Source: Blasia pusilla (lineage: Eukaryota). From it: 64,000 nt of DNA. Positions 51,287 to 64,000 of the stretch are shown piece by piece; position 1 is the stretch's first letter, and each line of letters opens with the position of its first letter. The translations under genes were made by a program, and so were the position numbers. The notes beneath the pieces are model-generated. The model was given only the letters and a program-made list of their open reading frames with translations. It ran no database searches and had not been told where the DNA came from. The DNA lies in NCBI GenBank assembly GCA_050084515.1, contig CM114271.1:47988001-48052000 (forward strand). Direction: 5' to 3'.

Positions 51287-54113
51287 CTAGTCTAGGTCTA
51301 TGATTGGGTCCGGTGGATTAAGATGTAAGCGGTAATTTGGAGGCTCAATAGTTTGAATTCGGGTGGATCGGCGACAAGTTCCTATTGCAATTATTTCATC
51401 ATCGGAGGAAATGTATGAACTATCCATGCCATGATAGATGGATTGAGAGTTTGGAACCATATGTATGAGAACATCATTATCATTAAGCTCATCAATTAAT
51501 TCCAGCGTTTCAACGCTCAAAGATTGTTGAGGAGTATCCCGCATAGGTTCACTAGACTGGGTGGAATAATTCTGAACTCCTACTAGTGCAACAATGGGAG
51601 GGTCGTAGGTAGTGTTAAGAGAAGTGATGGGCAGATTGGCTACGCTTGAAGTCCTCCGTTGTTGCTCTTCTTCGTGCTCTGGAATCCAATGTTCCATTTC
51701 AATTGAATCTTCATCTCTTCCAAGCCCCTCGGAATCAAAATTTTCCATTGTTGCCAATATGGGTATCCTCTCTCCCTTCCATGCCATGAATTCCACATAT
51801 CACATCCACCTCCTCTAGATCCTCATCTTGCAAGTCAAGGTTATCTTCATGATTACCATCATAGTTTCTTGCATGCAAGCTAGATTCATTGCCATCTTCT
51901 ACTACCCTTCTAGCTTGTTATTGTCCATCCCTTTCTGAAAAGTATTGCTTGTACAAGAGCGCTTGTCTTGATTTCTGAGAAACACCCTTCTCTCCAAACC
52001 TTGATTTTGTGTAGATGTAAACCAAATCCATGTTACGCTCGTTGATCAATTTATTCCTGTGCTTGTTTTGGATGAAACCATAACTACTCCAATTTCTCTC
52101 CGTTGAAGAAGATGAAACCACTTGTGCTAATATGGACTTAGCCACAAAGTGCAATGTTGGTGCACTTTGACCGTGCATGCTTCACCCATGAGAGGGATAT
52201 AGTGAATCAACAACTTCCCTACCAAATTCATCCACAAATATTTCCTGATGGTTCATAATGTTGCCCAACTCTTGCAAGCAAGTTGCCACATAAGAATTAG
52301 CCACGGTGACATTGAGGCCATGCACCCCCATTGCATACAATTTCAGATATTGTTTGAAATCTCTTATGCACTCAACATTTGAGGTGATGTCTTGAACACT
52401 ATCAAGAAGATTGTAAGGGGCGAGAATGTAGTCGATTGCATGTAACTTGTTGTGGATAAGTGGCCACCACCTAGAAATAAAATCACCATCTCTATAGCTC
52501 TAGATATTGTGACAAAATAACCGCGATGCGTTCCGCTCCACCGAGCCATGGAGTCACAGGAAAAGAATGAGTCTCTTCCATTATCTCAAAAATAAGGCGA
52601 TAAATACGCCCATTCATTGCTTTATGACCATCACACACTCTTAGAAAAATAAGAGTTGGTTGAGCCGGAACAAACAACTCCTCACCCTCCATCCAAAAAT
52701 TGTGATCCACTCTAGTCTCAATCTCTTGTGCCTTCTCCCTTTGCCTCGCATCCCTGCTATTGAAATACTTCCTAAAAGCATTGGTGGCAACCATGGCATG
52801 GAACACCTCCCTCAATTCTAAGACGCGTTCCAACATGATAGAATTTGTCACAAAGCGTGTATTTACAGGAAGCAACAATCGTCTCTTCATTGGATTGGTT
52901 TCCATAAATTTCGCCACCACCCAAGTTCTAGTCTTCACAAATACTACCATCTCACGAGCTTATGCAAAACTCATGTCCATCCAAGGCCATTTAACCCACT
53001 CTTTGCAGACTAGATCAAGAGAATGTCATACGCATCCACCCCAAAGAATATGAGGGAACTTTGCTTCAATAAGTTTCCATGCTGATCGCTCATTGCTAGC
53101 ATTGTCTGTCATAAGTTGCAACACATGCTCTGGATTGATGCGCATGATAGTCCTCTCTATGTGACCTGCCAACCATTCCGCCATTTGGGATTCCACTTTG
53201 GTGTCTATCGACTCAATCATGACCTCATCTTGTGGACAGGAGACTTGCTTCTCACATTCACTAAAGACTCGCTTCTCACATTGGTCAAAGATTATCATCG
53301 TGGCCCCCAAACGCAAATTTTCCAATATGCCATCCACCTTTTTGTTCACCTTCCCCATATGTTTCTCAAGTAGGGTGATGCGCAACAAATTGTAACTAGG
53401 ACCTGAGTAACCCTTCACCTTTGTTTTTTCCAACCTTTCTTCTTTTAAAGCATCTTGCCGTACTACGTTGAATGGTATTCCACATTTGTAGAAACACTTT
53501 TCCCACATGTCATTTGCAACTTCTATTCCTTGGATGTTGAGAGAATCCCTCAGATCAGCTTGCTTCTTTCCATAATTACTACTCCCCCGAATGGGCCCAA
53601 CAACTCCTATGTATTCCTCGAAACTGTCACTTCGTGGCAGGTCTGCAATCCCATCAACATTTTGTACAACATAAACACTATTTCTTGTTTGTTGCGAACC
53701 TATTTGTAATGGAGTTGTCTCTTCCACTTCACTTGAAGGTCTCGCTTTCCTTCTTTACATAAGAGAGTCGAAAGACAAAAGATGGGAATCAGGATACCCA
53801 TCATGCCAAATTATGTGTGAAGGTCCCTCCCAGCGTGCAACAGGATCTTCGAAACAGAGTACTAGTGCAAAATGGACAAAGAAGAGAAGCGAGACCTTCG
53901 AGTGAAATGGAAGAGACAACTCCATTACAAATAGGTTCGCAACAAACAAGAAATAGTAATCTCCACCATCCGCGTGCTATGATTGGTTTTCATAGAATAG
54001 CAACAATACTTGCACAACCATCTGCTTGATGTTCCACCTTCCATCTGTATTTCTTCCCAATATTCCTTCATAATATGTTGGAGTTCTTTGGCTTTGGTCA
54101 TGACTACAGGCAC
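51287..54113 (-). mobile_element. Decayed hAT transposase copy 2 (BED finger, DUF659, dimerization domain)
   Basis: WLCKYC BED-like; LQLMTDNASN...KFPHILWGGC; LPVNTRF; VAKSILAQVVSSSSTERNWSSYGFIQNKHRNKL...DLVYI. Confidence 0.85.
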
Positions 54114-54359
54114 TCACTAATCCCACCCAAAACTATTTGGAAAATTTGCAAAAATTTACCATGTCAATATTAGTATATATCGATCAGTAAAATGTATGCA
54201 AATTACACCAAATATTTTCTGTGAATGTTCCAATAACAAAACTTGGAACACTCACTACGAACAAGAAAGATCAATATGCTAACCTAGATAACCGAAATAC
54301 CTTTAGTTTCACCGTTATCTAGTGGCAAAACATATTCTCACTTATCAAGTTCAGCTATC

Positions 54360-54360
<1 letters not shown>

Positions 54361-54438
<78 letters not shown>
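54361..54438. repeat. (AG)n microsatellite
   Basis: Perfect dinucleotide run. Confidence 0.97.
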
Positions 54439-54441
<3 letters not shown>

Positions 54442-54889
54442 CATAGTGAACCGAGATGAAGGGAGGAATGAGATTGTGAAGGTATACAAATTGAGCAAGT
54501 TTATATAGGGGAGGATGGAAGGAAGAGAATGAACCCTTCTAACTCTCCAAATCATCTATCCCCCATTTACAATTGATTACTAAACTATATCCATTAATTT
54601 TTCTTTTATAAACATACTTTTATTCTCCTATTAGATTCCTTCTTGACCTATCCTAACTTCTTGACCTACTTTCAATTTCCAACAGACCTATTTTGAATAC
54701 AAAAATCCTTTCCAAATCTATTTTAATATTGTCATTCCTTTCTCCACCATAAGGATCCAAAATCCATCAATTACTCTCATTTCTGACTAACGTATATTTT
54801 CCTACAACAACCTTATTCCAATCTCTCAAACCGTCAATCACCCAAACCATAATAGTGAGAGAATTTATTTAATACCTCACTTGAATCAC

Positions 54890-55830
54890 AGGGCCCGCCC
54901 ACAACCCCTCGCCCGCACGACCCTCAAGGAGCCCGTGAGCAACCTCGCGACCTAGCCTGCATGTGGGCTCTAAGGCCCGCAAGCAGCCCACATGCGGGAT
55001 CTGCCTGAGATGCGAGCCCGCAGTGCGGGCCATCCGTGGGCTCAACGGCCTACCTGCAAGCCCGCGCCCTAGCTCGCACTACAGGCCTTGGAGTCCGCGC
55101 GCAGGCTCTGCATGGGCTGCAGGGCCCATAACTAGCCCGCGCTTGCGGGCTCGGCGGCCCGCATGCAGGCCCGCACGCGGTCTTGACGGCCTGTGATCTT
55201 GCTTGGAGGCGGGCTCCAAGGCTCGCAACAAGCCTATGCGCGGGCATGGCGACCCGCATGCAAGCCCGCATGCGGGTTCCCAGGCCTGAAAGCAGGCCGG
55301 GCTTCAGGGCCTGCATCCTAGCCCATATGCGGGCTGGCGGGCTTGCAATGAGCCCGCGCCGAGGTTTGGAGGCTCGCGACCTAGCTCTCACGCAGACTCC
55401 AAGGCCCATGAGCGAGCCCGCATGCGGGCTTGGGGGCCCGCGACCTAGCCCGCCACGGGCTTGGCTGCCCGTAAGCAGCCCGGCGGTGGGCTCCAATGGT
55501 TGCACCCTAGCCCGTATGCGGGCTTGCAGGTGGGCTCGAATGCCCGCAATGAGCCAGAGAGCCAGGTCCAAGGCCTGTGACCTTGCCCGCGCCTAGCCCG
55601 AAAGCATCCCGCGCCTAGCGTGCATGCGCGCTCCAAGTCTGGCAAAAAGCCCGCGTGCGGGCTTGGCGGCTCGCAAGAAGCCCAAACGTGGGCTCCAAGG
55701 CCCGCAATAAGCCCGCGCGTGGGCTTGACAGCCCGCAAGTAGCTCGAACGCGGGCTTTAGGGCCTGCACTCAAGCCCGCACGTCGCGCTCACCTGCAGCC
55801 CCTGTCGCGACTCAGGCCCGCACCCTTCAT
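54890..55830. repeat. GC-rich GCCCGC/GCGGGC palindromic-motif region upstream of hAT copy 2
   Basis: Repeated AGCCCGCATGCGGGCT-like motifs. Confidence 0.65.
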
Positions 55831-56026
55831 TGGAGCTTGCACCGATGGCCCTTAAGTGGAGCCTACTTGGTGGACCTGGGCGCCACAAAAACCCGAGCTC
55901 GCACCCAGTGTTCCATGTCCGTGGTCATGTTTGGACATTTTTTCCCATTGATGGACTTGTCCGTTTTCGTGCAACCTTGCCCCTGAACCTCACTACTCTT
56001 ATCGAGAGGCCTCATGGAAATAACAG

Positions 56027-56384
56027 TGCAACCCGTCAGACTCCGACGGGTTGCATCATGGCCAAGCAACTGGTACCACTCTTGTGACAAAGCAACCCAT
56101 GAGACTCTGACGGGTTCCCGCTTTACCTCGCCCAGATCCCTACCTTGGGGTTGGGACTACTTTAAGAATAAATGTGCAACCCTTCGGACTCTGACGATTT
56201 GCAGATTTCCCCAAAGTTCATCTACCAAACGTGCTATCGCAAGGAGCAAGGTGCAACTTTTCAGAGTTTGATGGGTTGCAGGCTGAGGATACTTCTTTAA
56301 AATCTGATTTCTGTAAGGTTAAGTTGGAGTTGACAGGTTCCTTCTAGAGTCTTTTTGCAACCTGTCGGAAACCGACGGGTTGCA
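56027..56384. repeat. Five 29-bp palindromes (TGCAACCCGTC-N7-GACGGGTTGCA) separated by unique spacers
   Basis: Copies at 56027, 56091, 56175, 56252 and 56356. Confidence 0.75.
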
Positions 56385-57564
56385 TGAGATGTGAATTCTA
56401 ATAGAGGATTGAACATTGCAAGATCGTAACGAAAGGAAATGTGACCCACTAATGGATCCAAGAATGTGACACGGTGAAGAAGGTGCTTATAACCCACCCT
56501 GGATAATACAAGGGATTTTTGGGAGATGAATTGATGGACGAGATGCTCGTAAGATGACCATAGATAAAGAAGAAGACTTGGGCAAACACGTACATTTCCC
56601 AAGATGCTGGAATGATAATTCTTTGCTAGTCTAAATTCCAGGCAGCTAAGAGAAGTGCGCAACTTGAGCTAGAGCGTAGGGAGAAGGTTATAGCGGCGGA
56701 GCAATCAAAATTCACCCCGGTTGCAATGGTGGCGACGAAGAAATACACAACCACCAAGATGCATAGGTTCATTACTGTGCTGAAGCCCGAGCTTGGCCCA
56801 GACTTTTACAAGGAGTTGAAGCCGATAATCAAAGGCCAATGAAAGAGGGATGAAGATCCCCATGGATGCATAGGAGAGAAGATGTCCCTCGATCGCATGC
56901 ACAAGGTTTGCTCTTTTGGGGCTTTCAGAATTCAAGAGAATCATACTCATGAAAATGAGTCTTGAGGGGATGGAGACAGAAAAGAAAGAGGTACACCATC
57001 CGCGGGGGGTTTTAAAACTTGTAATCTCTCAGTGGTTGAGAGAATGGTCATTGTGGGATGCATTGCAGATGCTCGACAACTCGATTGCAGTATGTCAAAA
57101 TTAGTTCAAATCCTTAGTTAAAATCAATAATTTTACAATAGGGCATCATCAAGGGCTTTGAGACTACATTTTGCAGTTTGATGTGCATAGATATGAGCAT
57201 AAATTGCATTAATAGCATTTGCCTAATAGATTTCCTCCCAAGTGCATACTCTTCCCAGACACTGATAAGATAAAAAAAACCAATATTTTGAGATCCCACA
57301 GAGCGAGATTAGTATTTTCAAGACACTTCCTACAAATTGCATAGTGCAGTGCACTTTGCATGAATTGTCTTGACTCATCTCGTATTCCACTTTCCGTTGA
57401 GAGAGGATCCTTTGGGGCGATAGCGTGGACCTTAGTTGGTTGTGTAATCTTCACATCTCTGACCCAACTGTAGACATTCAATGAGGTGTGTAAATCATTT
57501 CGTACCCATACGGCCAAGAGAGGTAGTGTTTCAAAACTTTTTGGATTCGTAGAAATGTTGGCCA

Positions 57565-58446
57565 TGAGTGGGGTGGGTCAATGCAAGGTGAGCACGGTGG
57601 AACAAAAATTGGGCCTGATGGAACCGTTGTGCCTAGAACCCGAGTGCGTGGTAGGACTTCACCCGTTGTACTAGAGAAGAACAATGGAGAGGATGTCAAG
57701 ATCACACATCAATGAAGTTAAGCAACTTGTGAATGAGTTCCCGAGCACTCAAAAGATAGAGATTCAAGGAGTCATATTGTCCGTGGCATAGGTATTTGCA
57801 GTATCTTGCAGGGCCGGGTAGATGAGAGCTCTCATTAGAAGCTCGAAAACATGATGAAGGGAAGGAAACTTAAGGCGTCACATGGGATTCGTTGCCACAT
57901 CTCATCGCTCACCAAATTAATGTCCGTGTGAAATTATAGAAGAAGTTGATCAGATTTCTAAATGCGGTAGTTATTCATGTTGGGGAGGGTAAGACACTCC
58001 CTACTCCCACGACCCGTAGGACCATGGTGGTGAGAACGAACACATTACTTCGGGACTACTCCAATATTCAATGGGAAATTCTCAAGGAATTGCTTAATTT
58101 GATCAACTGTCACATCACTCCCGAGATTTCACTTTGAGGAACCATTAGTGTGTCTAGAGATCTCATCACGGTGTCTTACATTATGGATTGGATCTTGGAT
58201 GGAGGTAAGTACATAAAGGCGGCTGCAAAATTGCACAAGACGGATCCCTTGAGAAAGCTCAAACTATATCGATATGTATTAAGGACGTCTCCACAATGGT
58301 TGGGCCCACAAATGGAGGTGATCAATGCGGTGACTCACGTAATTGAGAGGGAGATCAACTATGTGGAAGACAACCCTTTGATCGATGGCTCCACGAATCT
58401 GAATGGAGGACCCAATCCTAGTCTAGACTACCAATTTCGGCCATAG
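57565..58446 (+). pseudogene. PAL: Phenylalanine ammonia-lyase pseudogene with internal deletions
   Basis: [40 protein letters not shown] (MIO ASG degraded), [36 protein letters not shown]; stops and large gaps. Confidence 0.85.
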
Positions 58447-61400
58447 CAATTTCTGATGAGATGAGAAGGCTTTGTGAGACAACACAGCTTGAACTTGTTG
58501 ACACAGGTTGAATTTTTTGATTAATATGAACAAAAAAATCAATGAACGGACGAAAAACTAAGCAAAGATGATACGCAAGAGCGGAAGAAAAAAATTACCT
58601 CTGCAAATTTTGCCTATGAATATTTCTTTCCAACCCGCTATCGTGTCGAGAGTCTTTCTTTGAGTAAAGGAGGACCTTCTAGTTGAAGCAAACATGGTTG
58701 ATGCAAGTCGAACTCTATAAGAATTTCTCCTTTTTCAATACAGAATTATTATGTAAGCCCTACATTCTTTCACGACAGGAATCACGAAAGGTAGTGTCGA
58801 GGTGATCACTTCTTCACAACATGGAACCCCAAAATTCCTAACTATGAAGTCCTTGTAAACTACTTTACGTGTGTACACAAGGAAAATAGCACAACTAGTG
58901 TTGAACCCTACTCGAGCAGGCCTATTGACGTCCATGGATAGCTATATAAGGATATACAAAGTGCAATCTTGTGTCCTTCCGTACGTGACTATAGGAAGAG
59001 TCACCGGAGTTAGAGATTGCATGACTTGGTTCATGAATGCGTCCCCCAAGTGATAAACTAGATAGCAAGTGAACAAGTGCTTATCTAAAATCTTGACGTG
59101 GTACGGATTGAGGAAAGAAAAATCCACCACAACTCGTGCTCCACCCCTATCCATACTTGAAAAACATCCTCTACTCTCCTGTAGAATGGGATTTGGCGGA
59201 GTTGCTCTCCCAAGCGAGGTAATCCACTCTAATTGGGAAAATAACAAACCAAACCATCCTTTATTTCTAGTGTGACTAAACTCATCTAAGGTGGCAAGTC
59301 TCTCATCTCCACATAGATCACACTCTAAAAACCTCTCGTAGAACAGACCAAGGTCAAGTTACTCTCCCAAGAGGGGTAATCCACTCTCATTGGAAGAGCA
59401 AGCAATCCCAAAGCCATACACTCAAGAGTGACACGAGAGACTCAAGATGTGAAGTAGAAGGTGATGAACCCTTGAAGGTCCCTCCTCTTTATATACTCAC
59501 GAGGGATCCACAAGAGTACGAAATAGAACTAATTTTATCTTGTGCCTCATGGCTTCCTTTCAAGGCTTAGCCAATCACATTTTGACACAAGTATATTTCC
59601 TCTTATCTCTTCCATAATATCCTCTTTTACCCACTTGATATTTTCCAAATTACCCCAACTACCCTAACCAGCAACCAAGACTACTTTTGCTTTTCATTAA
59701 AGCACCAACCTCATTACTTTACTTTTATAAAGTCATCTTTTATTTATTACCTCTTTTCCTAAAATTGGGGCTGCATAAAAAAAAGTACCATTAAGAGGTT
59801 TAAACATGAGAATTTCCTTTTCCTAAGCTAATTTACTTAATACTAATAAAATTATATCTAACACTCAATGAGGAAGGAGTTTACACACTGGTTGATTTTA
59901 CAATACGACATCGCTTCCGCTAGTAGCTGCTACGTCTCGCCACACCCACCTCTGCTAGTAGGTGCTACACTTTTTCCAAGGCTTCCAGTCGCTCCACTGT
60001 TAGATAGTTAATTCACGCCTCCACACCATTCAAAGTAGGGCACTACAGTTATCGGCGCTAAAGAAAGTTCAAACTACCAGGTGTCAGCCACCAACAAGGC
60101 ATGATTAATTACATACACATGTCATGCACGAGCAAGATTTCCCCAGGCAAAAAATCAAATAACTTAAGACACCCAATCAAAACACGGCATGGCAAAAGTA
60201 AAAGAATAGTCTCGTTAGGAACGGGAAACAGGATAGCTTACGCAATAGTAATATAGAAGGATATTTGTAATAGAGGCTTCGCTTCTTATAGATAACAAGC
60301 AAAAATAAATAAATCCTTACCAAAAATAGTAACCCCATGATAGCATAGATCTTAGTATAGTTTATAATTTTAAATTGCAAAAGAAAAACCTTTAGTTTGG
60401 ACAACAGATTTGCCGTGGCACATTAGAATTAAAAAAAACCCTAAACTGGATGCCGAACTAAGAAAGAATGCCAGCTGTCAAATTCGGCTGCCATTTTTTA
60501 AGGCCGTCCAAAATATTATATTCCAATGCTATGCAAACCTAGAAAACAATGCTGAAGGCGGCGCATCCACTCCCACTTCGTGTGAGGGTGAAGTGAATGT
60601 CGTTTGAGGGGTGCCGGTCCCACCAGCCACCTCACGTTCTGCAGTGTGGTCATTGGGGTGGCCTTGTTTGTTTGTGCTTGAAGGTCTTGAGGATAAGACT
60701 TTTAAAAGGCTATCCTGCCGGGACTCATCTAGTCATTGGGGTTAGGATATTCAAAGGTCACTGCGGTCAGTGCGGTGCGGTGGACGGACAGTCATCGTCG
60801 TCGTGGTGCGTAAGTGCGCCATGCCGCCACAGGAGGGTAAGTCCAATTGCGGGCTCCGTTAGATCCGTGGATGCAAGCTTAAAAGCACATCCAGACTGCT
60901 AGGAGCTCATTGGGCCGAATGCCACGGACCAGTTGTCGTGTTGCCGGTTGTTCACTGTTTGAGAACAGTTGCGTCTGGTTGTGTGAAGCTTCTCTACGGA
61001 ACTTCTGTGACATTTCGAGATTTATTGTTGGTGAGTGAGGTTGAGTGATTCAGCTTGAGGGATACAAGAAGCTAGGTTACTTTCGGGAGCCGGCCAGCCA
61101 GCCAGTCGCAGGCATCTCATGCGTAGTTGCACTTTTTCCGTCTTATCTGTTGCGAGATTGTTTGTGGGTGCTGGGCTCTGCTGGCGGAGGTGGTATACGT
61201 TTGTTTGGTGCGGTTTTCGAGGTGAAGGCAAACAGGATTTCAAATCAATGCCCGCAAGGTTGTCACCCTCGTGGAAACACAGTTGGACTGTGGAAGATAT
61301 TCTATCAAATCGTGTTCATGAGACGTCTTGCGCCTTTGATTCCCTCCCTTCGTTTGTTTATAAAGTTTTCCATCCCAGTTTCTATTAAAGTTTACTTTCA

Positions 61401-62299
61401 ATTTGTTTATAAAAACAAAGAGTTGTGGTACTCTCAGGAGTCGTGTGACATCACATGAGACAGTCAACAGTATTGCGCGGGTTTTGGACAAGGAGAAGGC
61501 TTCCCATCTTGGAGAATCTGATTCGGACGTGATAGAAATCCGCTAGTGCGTGACATGCATCTACAACAAAGGAGTGTCCCATGAGTGCGTCCTGAAGATT
61601 GCTTCACCGGCCGTGGGAAAATTTGTCTTGGTTTCTTATCGCTACTGCATCCGTACCGCCGGAGGCACACATTATATCATCTCAAATGCGCTCCCACGCC
61701 CTTCGGCACTTTTCTGCCGTTCGTTTCATTTCTCCCAATCGAATCAAGTAAATGCAAAGATAAACTCGTTCGCCCCGCTTCTTCATGACCTGACAGTATG
61801 TCATGAAGCGAGTGGGGACGGGACTCGGGAGTGGCATTTTTAGGTGCACCGCAGCCTACCCTAATTAAACAGGGTGACCTTACACCCGAAGAATTATGTA
61901 CGTGGTATCACACCATGGCCCCATCACGGTTGATCATATATGTATCGGGTATGCACATTTTAGGAGACTCGCATTGCATTGAAGCTCGGCGATGAGGGAT
62001 ATGGACAAAAGACAGAGCTTCCGTGTAAGCAAATTCTCTAGTGCCCCGCTGCCCGTGTAACTTAAACAGGAGATGTCCTCCGCTGTTGGCCTTCAATGTA
62101 TGTGTGCATGGTAAGAGTGCACGGATGGTTGCAAGTGGATCAAGGTTTGGATTAATGCCTTCTTTCGGAACAACGCAAGTTTCATTATGTGCAAAGCATG
62201 CTTGTTTCCGATCGGAGGAAGTGTATCAATCGATCGGACCCTGCTAAATAACTATATCCACCAACCCCACTCATATATCTCGTGCGAGTCAGACAGTCA

Positions 62300-63170
62300 A
62301 ACTGTTTCAAGGTGCTGCTTCCCTACCTCCTCCCCTAAACCCTTCATCCCGGCTTTCTATATCGCACCACATACCTACACTACAACAATCTGGTTTCGAT
62401 TGGGTCTCCCCCAACCATCAATGGTTGGTTCGACACATTATGAGTGTCGTCGGAGTCTAGATCCACTTGGTGTGCATTTGGCACGTTGTCTAGTTGGGGA
62501 TGAGAGGATAACCACTCACGATGCACTGCTGGATATCCTTTTGTGTATTGCTCGCGATAGTGGCTTCCATGTGCAAAGAGAGAGGCACTACTCCATGCGA
62601 AATTCCCTTATCCGTGCTGATCTACACATGACGCGGGAGTCCGAGGTGGTGGTGGCAGATGTTGTAATGACGGATCCTACACAAGAGGCGGTACGATCCC
62701 AAGTGGTGGCACAAGGGAGATTGCTACAAGGAGCGGCGGCGGTAAAGAAGACCCATATTTATAGTCGACTTCATGATGGACATCGATTTGTCCCCTCATC
62801 CATTGATATGTATGGGGCTATGGGGGAGAGGTTTGATTCGTTCTTTACGGATTGCGCCCATCATCTCCAGTCGAGAAATGGGTTGTCCTTAGCTACTCCG
62901 ATTCTTTATTGTAGGCAAAGGGTCTCTATAGCTTTGGAGTGTGCCCATGAAAATGGGCTTTTTTGGCGGGCTTAGGCGATTGGAAACACCAATGTTAGAG
63001 GCCCACTTGGTATTAGTCATAGTTCTCTAGATGTTGTTGATATTGTCTCTATTGTTGGTGAGTTTGGTCGATAGGGAGGGAAGACCCCCTTCTTTCTTTT
63101 CAGCGCACTAAAAAGACTATCATTGCACCTTCTGAGTATATAATAATATCCATTTTATTATTAAAAAAAA
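62300..63170 (+). mobile_element. 5'-truncated non-LTR retrotransposon, CCHC + restriction-like endonuclease (RLE) C-terminus, A-tail
   Basis: RLGLP..C...LDPLGVHLARC..G.ERITTHD...RADL...DVVMTDP...K..RFVP..IDMYG; ends in TTATTATTAAAAAAAA at ~63170. Confidence 0.72.
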
Positions 63171-63174
63171 CCTC

Positions 63175-64000
63175 AAAAGAGGACAAACAAAGGTAATAAT
63201 ATCTCAAAAGAGGAGACAAAAAATGCATCATGAAAAGCAAAAAGAAAATGACAACTAGCCAACACCAACTCAACGAGCTACACGATTGTTAGCCTGAAAT
63301 GAATCTGACAACAATATTAGTGGTTGGTGAGATGTGAATAGACGACCAAGTGAGTGACCCCCCACCACCTTCACACAACGTATCAATGCCAAGGCTTATG
63401 CACGTTGTAAGGCCATTGAGATGCATTTCCAAAAATAAGAAGTAACTACATAGAGAGGAGGACTACGGTAAGGGCCAGGTGATGATTCTCGAGGGAGTGG
63501 TGAGCACATGTTTTTAGGAAAGTATCAAAAGAAACATGTAAATGACCGAATACTTCCACTACAAAATGAAAAAAGTCCATCAGTCGCATGCCTCACAGCA
63601 TAACTTAACGATGTAGCTACTTTGGCCGCCGAAGCTTTGGTATGTGCAGCTTGATACACCAAGTCATAATGTGTTGGATCAGCAACCATCATATCATCTA
63701 GTGTCCGGAATCCACCTCGAGACATAACAAGATCAACTCTCCGACGACAGGTTGCTTGTGTGGTTGAAGGTAGGGCATGGAGCTGATCTTGCGCAACGGT
63801 GTACCCTTCAGTACGAGCCACCGATGCTACTGCCACTCTAATGGCATCATGTTTGGCCATTTATTCTCCACCATATACACATCGGAGAATATGGATACCC
63901 TTTGCATCAATGGGATCTCTACATACACAATTCGGCATACCTAACAAGGAAGGATGGGGAAGTACGAGGCGTGACCGCTAAGCTATCGTGAATATACTTC
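63175..64000 (-). mobile_element. Second RLE-type non-LTR fragment, convergent with the first
   Basis: KHDAIR..VASVAR..GY.V...RRVDLV...D.MVADPT...AAKVA; frameshifted. Confidence 0.68.

Noticed and set aside
47090-55900. hAT terminal inverted repeats and 8-bp TSD
   Set aside because: Looked for but could not identify them, so element boundaries are left undefined.
56027-56384. CRISPR array
   Set aside because: Eukaryotic context, degenerate repeats, unequal spacers and no cas genes.
60410-62250. Possible gene in moderately GC-rich region
   Set aside because: No convincing ORF, motif or exon chain.

Overview
Nuclear DNA of a non-flowering land plant, probably a bryophyte or liverwort: the plastid inserts include chlB, and the genes have spliceosomal introns. 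Three host genes are present: the 5' part of PRL1 (WD40 splicing factor, minus strand), a six-exon CYP86-clan (CYP704-like) P450 and plastid pyruvate dehydrogenase E1-beta. There is also a deleted PAL pseudogene. The rest is mostly repeats: a 3-kb patchwork of tiny shuffled chloroplast fragments, two decayed BED/DUF659 hAT transposons each trailed by a 180-bp tandem array, and two RLE-type non-LTR fragments. The standout is a 9.6-kb Ty3/gypsy-type retroelement (11997-21617, TG...CA, 4-bp TSD AGGA). It carries a DNMT3-like C5 cytosine methyltransferase domain between protease and RT and a PHD finger after the DDE integrase. Instead of normal LTRs it has split direct repeats (A1-ORFs-B1-GC-A2-B2) with no obvious PBS/PPT. 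A related family nearby shows the same A/B architecture. All calls are by eye; no database searches were run.
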